A stretch of DNA of 64,000 nucleotides, taken from positions 8,804,001 through 8,868,000 of the forward strand of contig JBHGNT010000007.1 of NCBI GenBank assembly GCA_043228905.1, read 5' to 3'. The first letter of the stretch is position 1. Each line of letters begins with the position of its first letter. Position numbers and translations under genes: made by a program. Positions 10,668 to 25,184 of this stretch are shown in pieces. The DNA comes from Azolla caroliniana (lineage: Eukaryota; Plantae; Polypodiophyta). Under the pieces are notes generated by a model that was given only the letters and a program-made list of their open reading frames with translations, was not told where the DNA came from and did not search any database.

Positions 10668-12925
10668 CAAGCTCTGCTAATTGCTGCTCATTAGTGAGAA
10701 AAATTAAGCAAACCTTGTCGGCGATGAATCGACATGGGTGGTCAATTCGGGCCCGTTGTTTCACCTAACCCCCGACCAGAAAGGCTTCTCATCCTACAAG
10801 GTTGGAGATCTCAGATCTGTAAAGATGGGAAATGAAGGAGCATGCCGAATTGTCGGCATTGGAGATGTGTGTCTGATGACTTCGAGCGGGTGCAAACTAG
10901 TGTTGAGAGAGATGTTCGACACATTCCGGAGGTTTGATTGAACCTGATATCAGCTGGTCGGCTGGATGATGAAGGCTACATGCGTAGCATCCAGAATGGT
11001 GTCATGAAGTTCTGCAAGCGGAGCCTGATCATGCCTCGGGCACGGAAAACCAACACATTGTATGTGATGCATGCTCGATTATGCTGTGGGGAAGCAAATG
11101 TGTGCCATATGAGCCAGAAGGGGATGTGGAAGCTTGTCGAGGACAACCTCATTCCGGAGGTGAAAGACGTGCATCTTGAGAAGTGCACTGATTGCTTGGC
11201 CAGCAAGCAAAACCGAACCTCTTTCTAGACAAGACTACCGTCGAGACGGAATGCACCGCTGGAATTTGTGCATACTGATGTATGCCAAGTGGATACGAAG
11301 TCACATGCTGGATCGCAGTACTTCGTGACTTTCATAGAAGACCACAATCGGAAACTGTGGGTCTCACCGCTAAAGACGAAGGATCAGGTATTGTCCATCT
11401 TCAAGGACTTCCACACGAGAATTGAAAGGGAAATCGGTCGGAAGCTAAAGGTGGTTTGAGTGGACAATGAAGAAGAATACCGGGGGCAGTTCGAGGAGTA
11501 TTTCCGGTTGAAGGGAATCCAGCTTGAATTTATTGTGCCGAAGATACCGGAGGTAAAGGGATTGGCCAAGAGGATGAACCGTATTGTAATTGAGAGAGTC
11601 TGGAGTATGCTAGCACATGCATACTCTGGACAACAACCTATGTGATAAACAGATCACCCTCAACACCCTTGGAAGTAGACTCACCGCAAAAGGTATGGAC
11701 AGGTAAAGACGTGTCTTACCGGCATCTGAAGGTGTTCGGTTGTTGCTGCTGACAACAACCTATGCGATAAACAGATCACCCTCAACACCCTTGGAAGGAG
11801 ACTCACCGCAAAAGGTATGGACCGGTAAAGACGTGTCCTACCGGCATCTAAAGGTGTTCGGTTGTCTCGCCTACGTGCATGTAGCAAAGGGCAAGCGAGA
11901 GAAATTGGATCCGAAGTCCCGACCATGCATATTTTTTGGATACAGTGATGATGAGTTTGGATACCGAGTGTGGGATTTGGTCGAAAAGAAGGAGTTCTGG
12001 AGTCAAGACATAGTTCTTAACCAAGAAGACTGTATATTATCATCCAACAGTAACAAAGTTACTAAAGGTTGGTTTAAATACCAACTAAACTAGGGCAAGG
12101 GCCCTTTCTACTATTTACAAGACTAGCCTGGTATGTCCATGAGCTTAGTGTGAAACCTATTTCTATGGGAAGTTGACTTTGATTCTCAACAGATTCGGAT
12201 GAATAAGAAACGGAGGAACTGGTAGCCGAGAACCAAGGAAGAAGATATCCTGTCAGAGAGAGAAAAGCCCGCCGGAGATTTCCGGATGAAGAGCATGTGT
12301 TGCTGACCAATGAGGGGGAGCTAGAAAGTTTCGAAGAAGCAATTAAAGACACCCACAACCACAAGTGGTTGAGTGCCATGCAGGATGAGAAGGATTCCTT
12401 GCATGAGAACCATACATATGAGCTGACGGAGTTGCCGAAAGGAAAGAGGGCACTTCGGAACAAGTGGGTGTACAAGTTGAAACTGGGGAACTCCGGAGAT
12501 CCACCAAGGTATAAGGCCCGCATTCTGATGAAGGGCTTCCAGCAGAAGAAAGGAGTGGATTTCGATGAGATCTTTTCCCCGGTAGTGAAGATGACATCCA
12601 TTCGAATGGTGTTGAGCATAGTGGCAAGCATGGACATCGAGGTAGAGCAACTAGACATGAAGACGACATTCCTACATGGCAACCTCGAGAAAGGGATCTA
12701 CATGCAACAACCGGAAGGATTCTTCAGAAAAGGGAAGGAGCAGCTGGTATGCCAGTTGAAGAAGAGCTTATACGGACTGAAGCAAGCTCCCCAGCAATGG
12801 TACCGGAAGTTCGACTCCTTCATGACCGACAATGGGTACCAAAAAATGTAGGCCGATCACTGCGTGTTTTTGAAGATGTTTGACGGAGGAGATTTTCTCA
12901 TCCTCCTACTGTATGTGGACGACAG
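10668..12925 (+). mobile_element. Ty1/copia pol fragment, copy 2, with LTR remnant at 12012-12191
   Basis: Integrase ORFs 11268-11645 and 11740-12093, RT ORF 12297-12851 to YVDD; near-identical to 4791-5700/8960-9876 and 30986-33242. Confidence 0.9.
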
Positions 12926-14106
12926 TGAATCGAGACTTAGATAGTAGATTGAGCTTTAATGGAAAGCTTCTTATTACTTCGTTCTCTCTTAGATATACAG
13001 TATTCTTCTTGTCATCACACATTACAATGTTAGGTATTCACTTATATACTAAGCCCTAACTTATTACCGAGTTCGCACTCGGACGGATACAATTTGGAAG
13101 GAGTCGGCCTTTTATGCCAACAAACTCCTCCGTAAAAGGACTACTCTTTCTTGCATGTACAAGTGTTTGGGGTTATCTCCCCTGTAAGCCTAGATTACAA
13201 AATTGATCTAAGTTTATATGTTACAAGTCGGTCGGCATGCAAGTGAGTCGGCAGATGTATAGGATGTGTCGTTATTGTTCCGATCAGATCTTAACTTCTG
13301 CTCCTCATTCGGCTTTCTTCTGCTCGGTCGCTGTGGTAGCCCCATTTTCGTCCTTAGTGCTCTGAAGCGTAGATTTGGGAGTGGCTTCGTCAGGCAATCG
13401 ATGATGTTCAGCTCGATGATGAACTTCGAGTTTCTTTTCGTTTACAAGCTCCCGGATATGATGATACTACACCTCAATGTGCTTCGTCTTCGCATGATAG
13501 ACGGGATTGTTGATGAGGTGTATTGCGCTCTGTGAGTTGCAATAGATGGTCGGCGCTAGTCGGTCGTTTCGGTTTGCAGTTCCGAAGTCGACATTTAGTC
13601 GATGCAACCAGATCGCTTCCTTCATTGCTTCCAATGTACTCGGTTTTTGTGGTAGACAAAACCGTGCACTCTTGCAGTTTCGACCTCCATGATAGGTGAA
13701 GATGTAGCCTGATGTTGATTTCCGATTGTCCGTGTTCTTGGCATAGTTGGAATCAGTGTAGCCTTCGACTTCGGCTAAGGTTGTTAGTTTGAAAGTCAGT
13801 TGTACATCGAGGGTTCCTTTTAGATACCTAAGCATGTGCTTGACGGCCTCCCAATGCTTCTTTCCTGGGTTTGACATGTACCGGCTGACCACCCCTACGA
13901 CATAGGTTAGGTCGGGTTGGGTCGTCACCATTGCGTACATGATACTTCCTACTGCCGATTCGTAGGGTATCTTTCCATTAAGCTCTCTCTCCTTGTCTGT
14001 CAAAGGAGAGTCTCAGTCCGATAGTCCAATCGACGTCAGAAGTGGTGTCAGTGCTAGCTTCGCATTCTGCATGTTGAAGCGCTTCAGCACTTTGCGGATC
14101 TATTCG
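12926..14106 (-). mobile_element. Ty1/copia 3' end (RT C-terminus/RNase H plus putative LTR ~12926-13286)
   Basis: ORF 13467-14003: PYESAVGSIMYAMV, HWEAVKHMLRYL, GYTDSNYA, RKSTSGY, HAKTKHIEV. LTR limits are tentative. Confidence 0.85.
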
Positions 14107-17100
14107 GACCTACGAAAGGCCGGTTACCGGTTGAGCACGGAGATTGGAAGGGCCACGGACCTACGAAAGGTCCTAGAGGAACGGATCCTTGATAGCAAAG
14201 TGGAGCTGTCGCTGAGGGAAGTGCTCGGGATCGCCAAGAAGGAGTTCCACGACTTCATCGTAGACTTAGTGAAGCGAAAAAGGCTTTCGACAGAGTTGGA
14301 ATTGGAGAAGCCAGTGGAGGTGTGAACGACGCACCTAGAAGACATGGCCCTGGACGACGAGTTGGCGGAAAGCCGCTATTCGAGGCTACATTGGGCTAGA
14401 GCCACTACTGAGACCCTCATTAAGATCGGAGACGTCCAGGAACCGGTGGTGGCGTTGGGAGACCATGGTTCGGAAATCAACATGATGTCCATGGACTTTT
14501 ACAAGAAGGGCAGGTGGCCGATCAACACCAAGCACGGGTGGAAAATACGAGCGGCGACACGCAGCACTGAGGAGCTACACGGAGCCTGCCCGAATGTACG
14601 AGTGAAAATTGGTGATGTTGAAATCGATCAACACCTCTTTGTGTAGGAGACATCCTCGCATCCGGTGATACTCAAGGAACCGTACATCACAGCGGCACGT
14701 ATGGAGACGAAGGTGTTGGACAACGGTTCGGTGTACGCACGGGTCAAGAGCCAGGACGGGCGTCACTTTGTCCAGTTTTTGACGGTGAGGCCGAACCATG
14801 AGCGCAACTGTGAGACCCTCGGCAGCGAGAGCCGAGGGGAATTTTAGAGAGGGCTATCAAGGTGTGGGCCCGAGATAGTCCGGGGTCTCCGGGAAAACCC
14901 CACACATGTACAGTAGGCAGAAGAACCTGTAACATAGGTAGGAAGTTTTGGTTCTCCGACAACGGAGGTTGTACGATAGCCGGCGTCATTGGCCGGGAGA
15001 AGAAGCGGGCAGAAAGGTGACTCAGGGCATGCAGAGTCCTTGGCCCTGGAGAGGGAATCAACGGAGCCATCGAGGCAGTCTCTTTCGACGACACCTTGGG
15101 GAAGCTAGGGAGGTGTTCGGAGAGGGCCTTAGTGAAGACCGGACGATTCCGGTATGTTCAAAAAAGATGTATGAAGTCATCGCCGACTTCGGCAGAGGAC
15201 TCGAGTCGGATCAGACGACCCGACTGGATACAAAGTACAAGATTGTGGACCGGAAGGTGAGGCCAGTCGCAACACCCTTGCCGGAGGGCAGCGAGTTACG
15301 GATGAAAGGGGTCACGTCGGACTCGAGTTTACAAGATCCGTCCGGCAAAGGACACAGGTTTACCGACATAATGCTATGAGAGCTCAAGGTCGGTGGGGGT
15401 GGATTTCTACTACCAGCAGAGGAGGACCGATTCTAGAGAATGTTCGGGAGGCACGAGAAGGCCTTCACATTCTCGCCGGAGGAGATCAGGTGCGTAGACC
15501 GGATGGTTGTGGAACCGATGGTGATCTTCATGGAACCGCACATGCCCTGGAATCTTAAGCCGATTCCAGTACCCAGAGCTCACGTCCCGAAGCTGATGGA
15601 GCTACTAAAACAGAAGGGGGAGATGGGTATCCTAGAACCGTCGAGTGCCCCGTATTCTAATCGGTGGTTTACCGTGCCCAAGAAGAATGGTACGCTACGC
15701 TTCATTTAGAACCTGAATCCGGTAAAAAAGGTGACCATTCGGAACATAGGAATCAGACCGACCATTCGGAACACAGGAATCGGACCGACCATAGACGAGT
15801 TCGCGGAGGCCTTCGCCGGAAGGTCAATTTACTCGGTCGGTGATCTGTACTCGGGATACGATCAATTCCAGCTAGCCATGGAGAGCAAGGACATTACGAC
15901 GATGCCGACTCCTCTCGGCCTAGTACGGATGTGTACCCTTCCGCAAGGGGGGATGAACTCGGTAGCCCACATGGTGAACACAATGAACAAAGTGCTAAGG
16001 TATTGTATCCCGAACATCACGATGCCATTCTTAGACGACATCCCGATCAAAGGATGCCCGATTGAGGATAAAGAAGAGACGATCGGACCGGAGGGATGCT
16101 GGAAGTTTGTGGCGAACCACGTCGATGAGTGCGAGAAGGTGCTGCAACGGCTAGAAAGCGTGAGGCTCACCTTCTCCGGGGGAAAGTCGGCCTTCGGGCA
16201 ATCAGAGGTCATGATCGTTGGACACCTATGTGGGCCGTTCGGTTGGAAACTGTCGCCGGTCAAGGTGGAGGCCATCTCTGCGATGAAGCGCGTCTGCAAT
16301 TCGATCACGGAAGTCCGGAGGTTCTTGGGAGGGTGCGTACTACCATATCTGGATCCTGCATTACACCCACGTCGCGGAGCCGATCTATGGACTGCTGAAA
16401 AAAGGGCGTAAGTTAGTTCGAGTGGAGAGAGGAGCATATGGAGTCGGTCCAAAAAATGAAAGAAGCACTTGTTGCGGCACCGGCACTCTGGAAAGCGGTC
16501 TACGGTAGAGACATCCCGATTTACGTGACTGTAGATACGAGTCCAACCGGAATCGGATGGGTGATCAACCAGGAGGTTGAGAATGGCACGAGGTTCACCA
16601 TCCGGCTCGGCGTGAAAGTCCTCAATGAACGACAACGAGGGTACACCTAGGTTAAACGCGAACTCTGGGGTATCGTTTCGGTGGTCAAAGCCGACAAAGA
16701 CTATCTAATCGGGACGGAGGTGATAATTGAGACGGACTGCCTGCCGATTCTCGGTATGGTTTCTGGATGCGCAACGCCGGACCTGGCAATGCTCAGGAGG
16801 ATAGCATACATAAAGTCCCTAAATCCGGAAATACGACACATTTCCGGAAAAGACAACGCCATGGTTGACATGCTTTCGAGGGCGAGATTTGATGACGAGG
16901 ACAACATGGTTTCGGATGACGAGGAAGTCGGCATGGGCTTCTTCGAGACGTGTTGCGTGACAACAAGGGAGGGGAGCACTCCGGCGCTTAACGAGTTCGA
17001 CGAGAGCAAGTACGACGGGGAGTGGCTCCAGATCGGTGGGTTCCTGAGGACAATGACACCGGACGCGGCATGGACGAAGGAAGAGGTCAACGGAATTCGA

Positions 17101-18545
17101 AAGAAAGCGTATCGATTCTTCCTACGGGATGGGCGCATATAGAAGCACCCAAAGAAGAGGAACAACATCCTGCTCCGGGTTATGGCGAAGAAAGAGGAAC
17201 AGGAGGAATTGTTGGCAGCGTACCACGAAAGTCCCTGTGGCTGGACACCGCGGGACGTGGGCCATATTCGAGAAGCTGAAGGGGAAGTACTGGTGGCCGG
17301 GACTATACCGGGACGTGCATCGGTTCGTGATGACTTGCGAAAGCTATCAGATGCACTCCGTAGTTCGACATCGGGACGAGCTCCACCTGATCTACCCTCC
17401 GACCGTCCACTTCAAGTGGATGGTGGATTTGGTGATGATGCCGATGGGGGTAGGGCAGATGCGATATCTAGTGCTGGCTCGAGAGGACCTAACGAACCAG
17501 GTGGAAGGCCGAGCGTTGCCAAATAAAACGACCGCAGCCGTGTGCCGATTTCTGATCAAAGAAGTGGTATGCCGGTACGGGTGCGTAGGGAAGATCGTAG
17601 CCGATCGCGGAGAACTTGACGCACAAGAGGCTGAAGAGCTGTTTGACCGACTAGGGGTTAAACTCTCGGTCACCACGGCGTACAATCCAGAGGCGAACGG
17701 GAAGCTGGAACGCGGACATGGGCCGATCTTCAAAGCATTAGTGCGGGCATGTGAAGGCCAAGTGCGAAATTGGCCGCGACTCCTACCCTATCCGTTGTGG
17801 GCCGACCGAACTACGCACAGTACGGTAACTAGGTTCATGCCGGCGGAGTTGATGTACGGGCAGAAGCCGGTCATGTCAATGGAGTGAACAATCTCCTCAT
17901 GGACTACGGTAGACTGGAAGGACTAGATGAACCGGAAGGAGCTGTTAAAGGCACAAATCTGACAGCTCGAGCGAAGACCGGAGGATTTGGAATGAGCCGC
18001 GGAAAAGCTGCGGACGACGAGGGTGAAGAACAAAGAATGATTCGACAGGACCCATCGACTACGGCCAAGGAAAATCGAGGAAGGCGATTGGGTTCTTGTA
18101 TATGACAACAGCCTCGACAACTAGCACAAGGCAATACGGAAGTTCACAAGGAGGTGGTTCAGGCCTTATGTGGTGGCAAGCGCCAATGCGAACGGGACCT
18201 ACCATCTCACGGAACTCGACCGGACGAGGATGGCGGTACCGGTGGCCGAAAAAAGGATCAAAGCATTTAAAAAGTGGCACAAGGATGAACCGGACCCGGA
18301 AGACTTGGATGGCGAGGACGACCGGCTCGGAGCGAATGGAGATCCGGAGGACGAAGAGTAAGCGCAGGTCGGTCTTCTTCGGCAAGAGTCTATTTTGGCG
18401 CACACCGGTGGATGCATGGTTAGGTGGGGGTGGATGTCGTGGAGAAAACCGTGCCTAGGTGGAATCGGAGAATAATGTGCACGAACCGGCCCTTACACGC
18501 GGGCACAAGTTTTGTTGTTATATATATAAATAGGTACAAGGCGGT
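14107..18545 (+). mobile_element. Degenerate Ty3/gypsy (protease, RT, RNase H, integrase, PPT, start of 3' LTR)
   Basis: DHGSEIN protease, DLYSGYDQ and FLDD RT, GHRG and YNPEANG integrase; PPT GGTGGGGGTGGA then TGTCGTG at 18435; homologous to the 38566-46756 element. Confidence 0.93.
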
Positions 18546-21500
18546 TCTTTCTTGCTCCTACTCCTGATCGGTTATTCCTGGGTCCAAGATCCCTGCGGTC
18601 CCATCCTTTAATAATCGCAGTGATTGCAGGATTGCTGGTGTCACCACTGCCGGTGCTTCCTCCGGATTTGAAAAGAATGCCGGAGCCGGTGTAGGACTTA
18701 ACGGAGCCATCGCTGATTTCAACCCGTCAGTGAACCGGGGCACTAGTTGCAGTAACTGGCCCAGTGGTAACGTGATTTGGCATTCTTGAAGTGCTTGCGA
18801 CGTGGGGTTCTCCGACTGTGCCTTTACGGTGAGTTCCTCCACTGCATTCGTGTGCTCTTTTATTTCGGTGACATTGTGTTCATTGGCCTTTTCAATCCAT
18901 TCGGTGGTCGATTTCCGTATGGCCTCCTGTGCTTCCCACTCCGCCGTCTTTCCTTTTGATCTGGTGGTGACTTGGTGTATATCCGCTACTTCTGCTACCA
19001 CCCTATTGACTGTCGGCCGTTTTTCATTACTTTTAACTGGACATTGGTTGCTGTAATGGCCCTCCTGGCGGCAATAGTAACAATACGCCTTCCTGGTAAT
19101 GCTAGATTCTGCTTTTGGTTCGGTACCCTATTGAAATCCGGTTACCGCTCGGTTAGGTTCTTCTGTTCTTCTTTGTTCCAGTTGGGCACTACTTATGCCT
19201 CTATCCGGCTCTCATTGGTACTCCTTTGCCGGCTCCTGACCATCCTCTTTCTGAAAGTTCTGTTTCTTAATAAAGCATCTGTTGTTCATGTAACCCTACC
19301 GGTGCCGGTCTTTGTAGATTTCTTGTTGGTCCTCCCTCCTTTGGTTATAGCTTGGAGAGTAATCGCAACCATACCGGTCACTATTATAAGAGTAGTCCCG
19401 TTCATATCGGTCTCGATTGTAGCCTTGCCTATGTCGGTCGTCGCGATCACGCCCATAGTTGTTGCGTCTTCTATCATTGTACCAATCCCCACGTTCTGGT
19501 CGGTATCAGTCCTTCCTTCTGATCTGTTTGTTGTCCAGCTCGTGACTGCTACGTGGTTCAATGATCCGCATCGGGGCCGCTTGTCGGTTGAGCAGGTTGT
19601 ACTCGCATTGGTTCGTTGTGTGTGCCTGTGAGTGGTAGATCATACACTGCATCCTCATTGTGTAGTCTACCATTGAATGGCCCGGGTTTAGACACATTGT
19701 GCATTGCAACGCCTGGGGAAACCTGAGATCCTCCTTATTTGGAAGGGCCCTTTGCAGGGCTCCCATCGTCATCAAGGAGCTATGTTTATCCATTTCCAGC
19801 ACCTGATCGATGAGTTGATCCATTGTGCTAGTTTGGAAATCTAGTACCCCGCACATCGTTCGGAGGGGTTCCCGTAGAGCAGCCAAAAACACCTCTTTCG
19901 TCTCCTCCTCCGGAGCTACCCTTGTTAACTGGATATGTAGTGTTTGAAATTAGATGATAAATTGGGGCACTGTCTCCTGCTCCTCCTTGTGGGTTGTGTA
20001 AAACTGTCTGACTAGTTCGCATTGTTCCACTTGCCTATGGAATAGTCGGAGGAATTTTGTTTTCAAGGCCCCATATGTGGGAAAGCTTCCAGATGGGTGC
20101 TTTGCGTGCCAACGGGCCGCCGGTCCCTCTAATGTTATGCCGAATTCAGCAATCTTGCATTGGTCCGTTGTGTGTGCCCGTGAGTGGTAGATCATACACT
20201 ACATCCTCATTGTGCACTCTACAATTGAATGGCCCGGGTTTAGACACGTTGTGCATTGCAACGCTTGGCGAAACCTGAGATCCTCCTGATTTGGAAGGGC
20301 CCTTTGCAGGGCTCCCATCGTCATGAGGGAGCTATGTTTATCCATTTCCAACACCCGATCGATGACTTGATCCATTGTGCTGGTTTGGAAATCTAGTACC
20401 CAGCAAATCGTTTGGAGGGGTTTCCATAGAGCAGCCAAAAACACTGCTTTGGCCTCCTCCTCCGAAGGTGTCCTTGTTAACTGGCTGTGTAGTGTTTGAA
20501 ATAAGATGATAAATTGGTGCACTGTCTCTTGCTCCTCTTGTTGGGTTGTGTAAAACTGTCCGACTAGTTCGCGTTGTTCCACTTGCCTATGGAATAGTCA
20601 GAGGAATTTTGTTTTCAAGGCCCCAAATGTGGCAAAGCTTCCGGGTAGGTGCTTTGCGTGCTAGCGGGCCTCCGGCCCCTCTAATGTCATGCCGAATTCG
20701 GCAATTTTTGACCATTCGGCTTCCGATTTGGTCCGCCTTTGGGATACATGATTCGCTTCCCATGTTTGTAGGAATGCATAGACGTGCGCCTACGCGTCAG
20801 GGTGATCACGGTGTCGTGAAGATTCCGGGCCATAGTGAGGAACTGGGGAATATCAGAGGAATCAACAAGGTGCACCATGTGCACCCACTCTTGTAAATTT
20901 GTATAGGAGAATGGGGGGGGCGCCTTTATGACGCTGAGTGGCAATAAAGTAGGGACAGACGATCCCATGTATCACGGGATCTCTCCCACATAGCCACGCG
21001 ACCCTCACCTTGTTCTATAAAAGGGAGGGCACACTTCTTGTACAGGGGGTTCCCACCCGTTGGGTCCCAAAGAGTTTCGTTCCTCATTGTTCCGCTTTGT
21101 GGGTTCCATTTTTGGTGTTAATAAACTTCTGTGTATAACGTCTATTTCTGTCTTCTCTTCATCTTGGTGTGTATGTTGTCTCTATTTGTGTGCGTGCGTA
21201 GTTGGTGTGTTAGGTTGTGGCAAGCGGCGTGCGGGCTATCTGTGCCTCCCCTGAGCTCCTGTTTGTTGGTTCTCAGCACTCCACGGTCCGGTATGTCTGT
21301 GTGTGTGGGGGTGTTGGCTTCAGCAAGTCTTCTTCCTCGTTCGGTAACTTGGTCTTTAGTCGATCGAGACATCCATCGCCCGATATTCTCTGCTCACTAC
21401 AGGAATTGTGGTCGCCAAAAACTTTGTTATTCCTTAGGCTGGACAAGCACTAACACAGGGTGTCTCTATGGAACACTTCAGCAAAGGGTGGTACGGGGAG

Positions 21501-21924
21501 ATATGGATAAACTGTTGTATCGAATGGGTCTTAACCGGTTACTAACTGGCACTGTTAATGATCATAGCACACGCGTAAGATTAATTATATTAAGCACAAG
21601 ACGGTAAGCAAATAGATCCTAAACACTACGTCAAATAGCAGCACATCTTTTAATTATCCATCCTTGATTACATTCTTGGCAAGTCCTTTTATAGGTCTCC
21701 GACTGAGTTACAAAACGATGACAACCGGCAACCGGCAACTATCCGGTCGGATCCGAATCAGCATACCCATTCTAGGTCCGTCCGTCCGCTTCTCAAAATC
21801 ATATAATACTCCGCTTCTACAAATAACCTAATTAAATCCTTATTAATTTCAACTCCCTATTCCTAATTAAACACCCCTTTCACATTCTAGACTCTAACCA
21901 GCCCTTTGTACTTGACGGCCAACA
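18546..21924 (-). mobile_element. Ty3/gypsy 5' portion (LTR 21425-21924, Arg-type PBS, gag with internal tandem duplication)
   Basis: TG..CA LTR abutting the tRNA array; minus-strand TTTTTGGCGACCACA PBS (21407-21417); gag motifs LEGPAARW, CTTCLNPGHSIVEC and VTTRSKGK; ~19560-20150 duplicated at ~20150-20700. Confidence 0.8.
20812..21371 (+). mobile_element. Probable gypsy solo LTR
   Basis: Begins TGTCGTGAAGATT, has a TATAAAA box and ends GAGACA. TSD not confirmed on the right side. Confidence 0.6.
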
Positions 21925-22214
21925 TCTATAACATAAACCATAACATATTAGCCGATTGAACTTAGTTTCACTCGTATCAAAAGTACGAGGTATATTGCTT
22001 AATTAAAGTAACAACATTTCTCGATTATTCATTCAAGGGAATCAAAACACATTTCACTTAAAACGAAACATAGTTGATGCTCTCCTTTAGTAAACGAAGA
22101 ACCACGAAGGCAACACTACGATATCATCTGTCATCTTGCGTTTCCGCAATTTATGGTTAATTGAGATTTTATTTTATTTTAGAGAAATATCCTTCAACTT
22201 TGTCAAGTCCATAC

Positions 22215-22287
22215 TCCATTATAGTCTAGTTGGTTAGGATACTCGGCTTTCACCTGAGCGACCCGGGTTCAAGTCCCGGCAATGGAA
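22215..22287 (+). tRNA. tRNA-Glu(TTC), near-intact, in array unit 21925-22482
   Basis: Two changes from consensus (G7A; a G:U pair in the anticodon stem). Confidence 0.75.
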
Positions 22288-22482
22288 ACATCAAGTCTAG
22301 TTAAGCTGGCATCTTATACGAGAAAATCTAATAATTGACAAATACAAGACATAAAACCTTGTGGTGACATAATGTACATGTAGTGCGCTACAATGGTGGC
22401 CTCCTATTCCAATTGAATTTGAAAGTATAACACGTGTTGCAAAACGTAAAGCTGGCCTCCAATTGAATTTGAATTTGAAACA

Positions 22483-23790
22483 TGATGGGAACTTAACGCT
22501 CCTTATGCACAAAGCTCGGCCACAACCGAGATTCTTTTCATACACAGAATAACGGGAAATAAAACACGATCCAAAGGAGAGGAAGATACACACACACAAC
22601 ACAGGAGGTTTACATGGAAAACCCCAAACTAGGGGAAAAACCACGGCAGCCCACAGGCTGCAAACTGTCACTATGTATGAATGTACAAAACAGTGAGTTC
22701 TCGGAGGCAACGACCTCGGACTCACGCTCTTCGCCACAAGCGGCGGTTACAACAGAGGCAACGACCTCTTTCTCTCTCTCTCTCTCTCTCTGTACACTAT
22801 TACGTGCTCTCTCTTCTTCTTGCACCAACAAGAAAAGTAACAACAACAGTTACTAAAAGTTTGCCCTAAGTCATATTTATACTAATATGACTTTTCGGCT
22901 ATTTACAAATATAGCCACGATGGGCTCTCAGAAACATATTTACGAATATGTCTCTTCCTCCGGTTCATACCGGGTCTGCACTTTCCGGCTCTCCGTAGCC
23001 GGGTACTCCTCATCCGGTTTGTACCGGGCCTACACCATCCGGCTCTCCGTAGCCGGGTACTCCTCATCCGGTTCGTACCAGGCTTGCACCATCCGGCTCT
23101 TCGTAGCCGGGTACTCCTCATATGGTTTCTTCTTCTCCCTTCCCATCCGGAGGGACCTGTCTCTCAACAAACTCCCCCTTCACTCTGGCATGGGGTGTCT
23201 TACCAATCTAATCCTCTTCCGGCATGCGTCCAGCTTGTCGGGTATCAGCACTTTGGTCAGCATATCTGACCCATTCTCGGCCGTGTGGATCTTCGTCAGT
23301 GCGAACTCCTGGTCATCTACTCTTTCCCGGATCCAGTGATACCTCCGTTGGATATGCTTCGTCCGGGAATGGTAGGCCGCATTCTTAGCAACGTGGATGG
23401 CACTTTGACTGTCGCAGTAGAGTCGGTATTCCTCTTGCCGTATACCGAGCTCTCCGATGAAGTCCTTCATCCATAAAATTTCCTTGCCGGCTTCCACAGC
23501 CGCCATGTACTCCGCCTCTGTGGTTGACAATGCAATCGTCTTCTGCAGCCTCGACTACCACGAAACAGCTCCCCCTGCATATGTCATTACATACCCGGAT
23601 GTAGACCGGCTGGTATCCACATCAGCCGACATGTCCGAGTCGGTGAAACCGTCCAGTTGAGGTTTTCCGGAGCCGAATCGGCGACGCATATTTGAAGTGC
23701 CCTTCAAATACCGGAGTATCCATTTGACCGCGTTCCAGTGCTCCTTGCCGGGATTGCTCATAAACCAGCTCACCACTCCGATTGCGTATC
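22483..23790 (-). mobile_element. Ty1/copia 3' end: RNase H, PPT and 3' LTR (22483-23169)
   Basis: ORFs 23555-23776 and 23180-23530 (HWNAVKWILRYL, STTEAEYMA, YHSRTKHI, DMLTK); PPT AAGGGGGAGTT; LTR contains 54-bp tandem repeats and a (CT)n tract. Confidence 0.9.
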
Positions 23791-23875
23791 CATATCTTGC
23801 GTTTCCGCAATCTATGGTTAATTGAGATTTTATTTTATTTTCGAGAAACGTCCTTCACCTTTGTCTACTCCATAC

Positions 23876-23948
23876 TCCATTGTAGTCTAGTTGGTTAGGA
23901 TGCTCGGTTTTCACCTGAGTGACCCGGGTTCAAGTCCCGGCAATGGAA
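23876..23948 (+). tRNA. tRNA-Glu(TTC), foldable copy
   Basis: Acceptor and T stems perfect; loop TTTTCAC (this internal T4 run could terminate Pol III). Confidence 0.7.
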
Positions 23949-24540
23949 ACATTAAGTCTAGTTCAAGTTACATCTTACACGAAGAAATCTAATAATCGAC
24001 AAATACAAGACATAAAACCTTGTGGTGACATAATCTACATGTAGTGCGTAACAATGGTGGCCTCCAGTTCCAATTGAATTTAAAAGTATAATACGTGTTG
24101 CAAAACCTAAAGTGTATCATGTCACTTGTGCATTCCAAATTACGTCTTACCATAAATAGCTGATTAAATCTTGTATGTTATAGTGGGTTAGAATTATTTA
24201 GTCTATTCCCAATCATTGAGGAATCTTTTGATTTGATAAAAAATTCGTCTTCTATAACATAAAGCTTAAGATATTAGCCGATTAAACTCAATTTCACTAT
24301 TATGAAAAGTACGACCTATATTGTTTTATTAAAGTAACGACATTTCCTGATAATTCAATCAACGGAAAAAAATCAGCTTTCGCTTAAAAGGAAACATACT
24401 TGATGCTCTACTTTCGTAAATGAAGTAGCACGATCGCAACACTAGGATATCATATGTTATCTTGCATTTCCGCAATTAATCGTTAATTGAGATTTTATTT
24501 TATTTTAGAGAAACATCCTTCAACTTTGTCAAGTCTATAA

Positions 24541-24613
24541 TCCATTGTAGTCTAGTTTGTAAGGATACTCGTCTTTCACCCGAGCGACCGGGGTTCAAGG
24601 TGCGGCAATGGAA
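24541..24613 (+). pseudogene. tRNA-Glu(TTC), degenerate
   Basis: D-loop GG lost; T stem mismatched. Confidence 0.75.
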
Positions 24614-25184
24614 ACAGCAAGTCTAGTTCAGGTTGCATCTTATACGAAAAAAGTCTCATAATTGACAAATACAAGAAATAAAACCTTGTGCTGACATAAT
24701 CTAAATGTTGTGGGTTACAATGGTGGCCTCCAATTTCAAATATCCATGCGTATCGAATTTGAAAGTATAATACGTGTTGCAAAATTTCTCCAATTAGGTG
24801 TTACCATAAATATTTGATTAAATCTTTTGGGTTAGAATTATTCACTTTATTCCCAAGCATTGAGGAATCTTTTAATTTGATAAACAATTCGTCTTGTATA
24901 ACATAAAGCTTGACATATTAGCCCATTGAACTCAATTTCACTCGCATCAAAAAAACGAGATTTATTGTTTAATTAAAGTAATGACATTTCTCGATTATTC
25001 ATTCAAGGGGATAAAATCACCATTCACTTAAAAGGAAACATACTTGATGTTGTGCTGTAGGAAACAACGAACCACGAAGGCAACACTAGCATATCATGTG
25101 TGATCTTGCGTTTCCGTAATTTATGGTTAATTGAGATTTTTGTTTTTTTTAAAGAACCATCCCTCAACTTTGTCAAGTCCATAC

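Noticed and set aside
12913-12930. Targeted insertion right after the RT YVDD motif, seen three times
   Set aside because: The three occurrences are copies of one event within the segmental triplication.
15862-19631. Long antisense or alternative-frame ORFs (e.g. 15862-16635, 18972-19631, 12074-12682)
   Set aside because: Shadow ORFs of retroelement coding sequence with no independent motifs.
22887-23339. Repetitive ORFs (RLSVAGYSSSG / MRSTRLRRAGW repeats)
   Set aside because: Translations of 54-bp tandem repeats inside a copia LTR.
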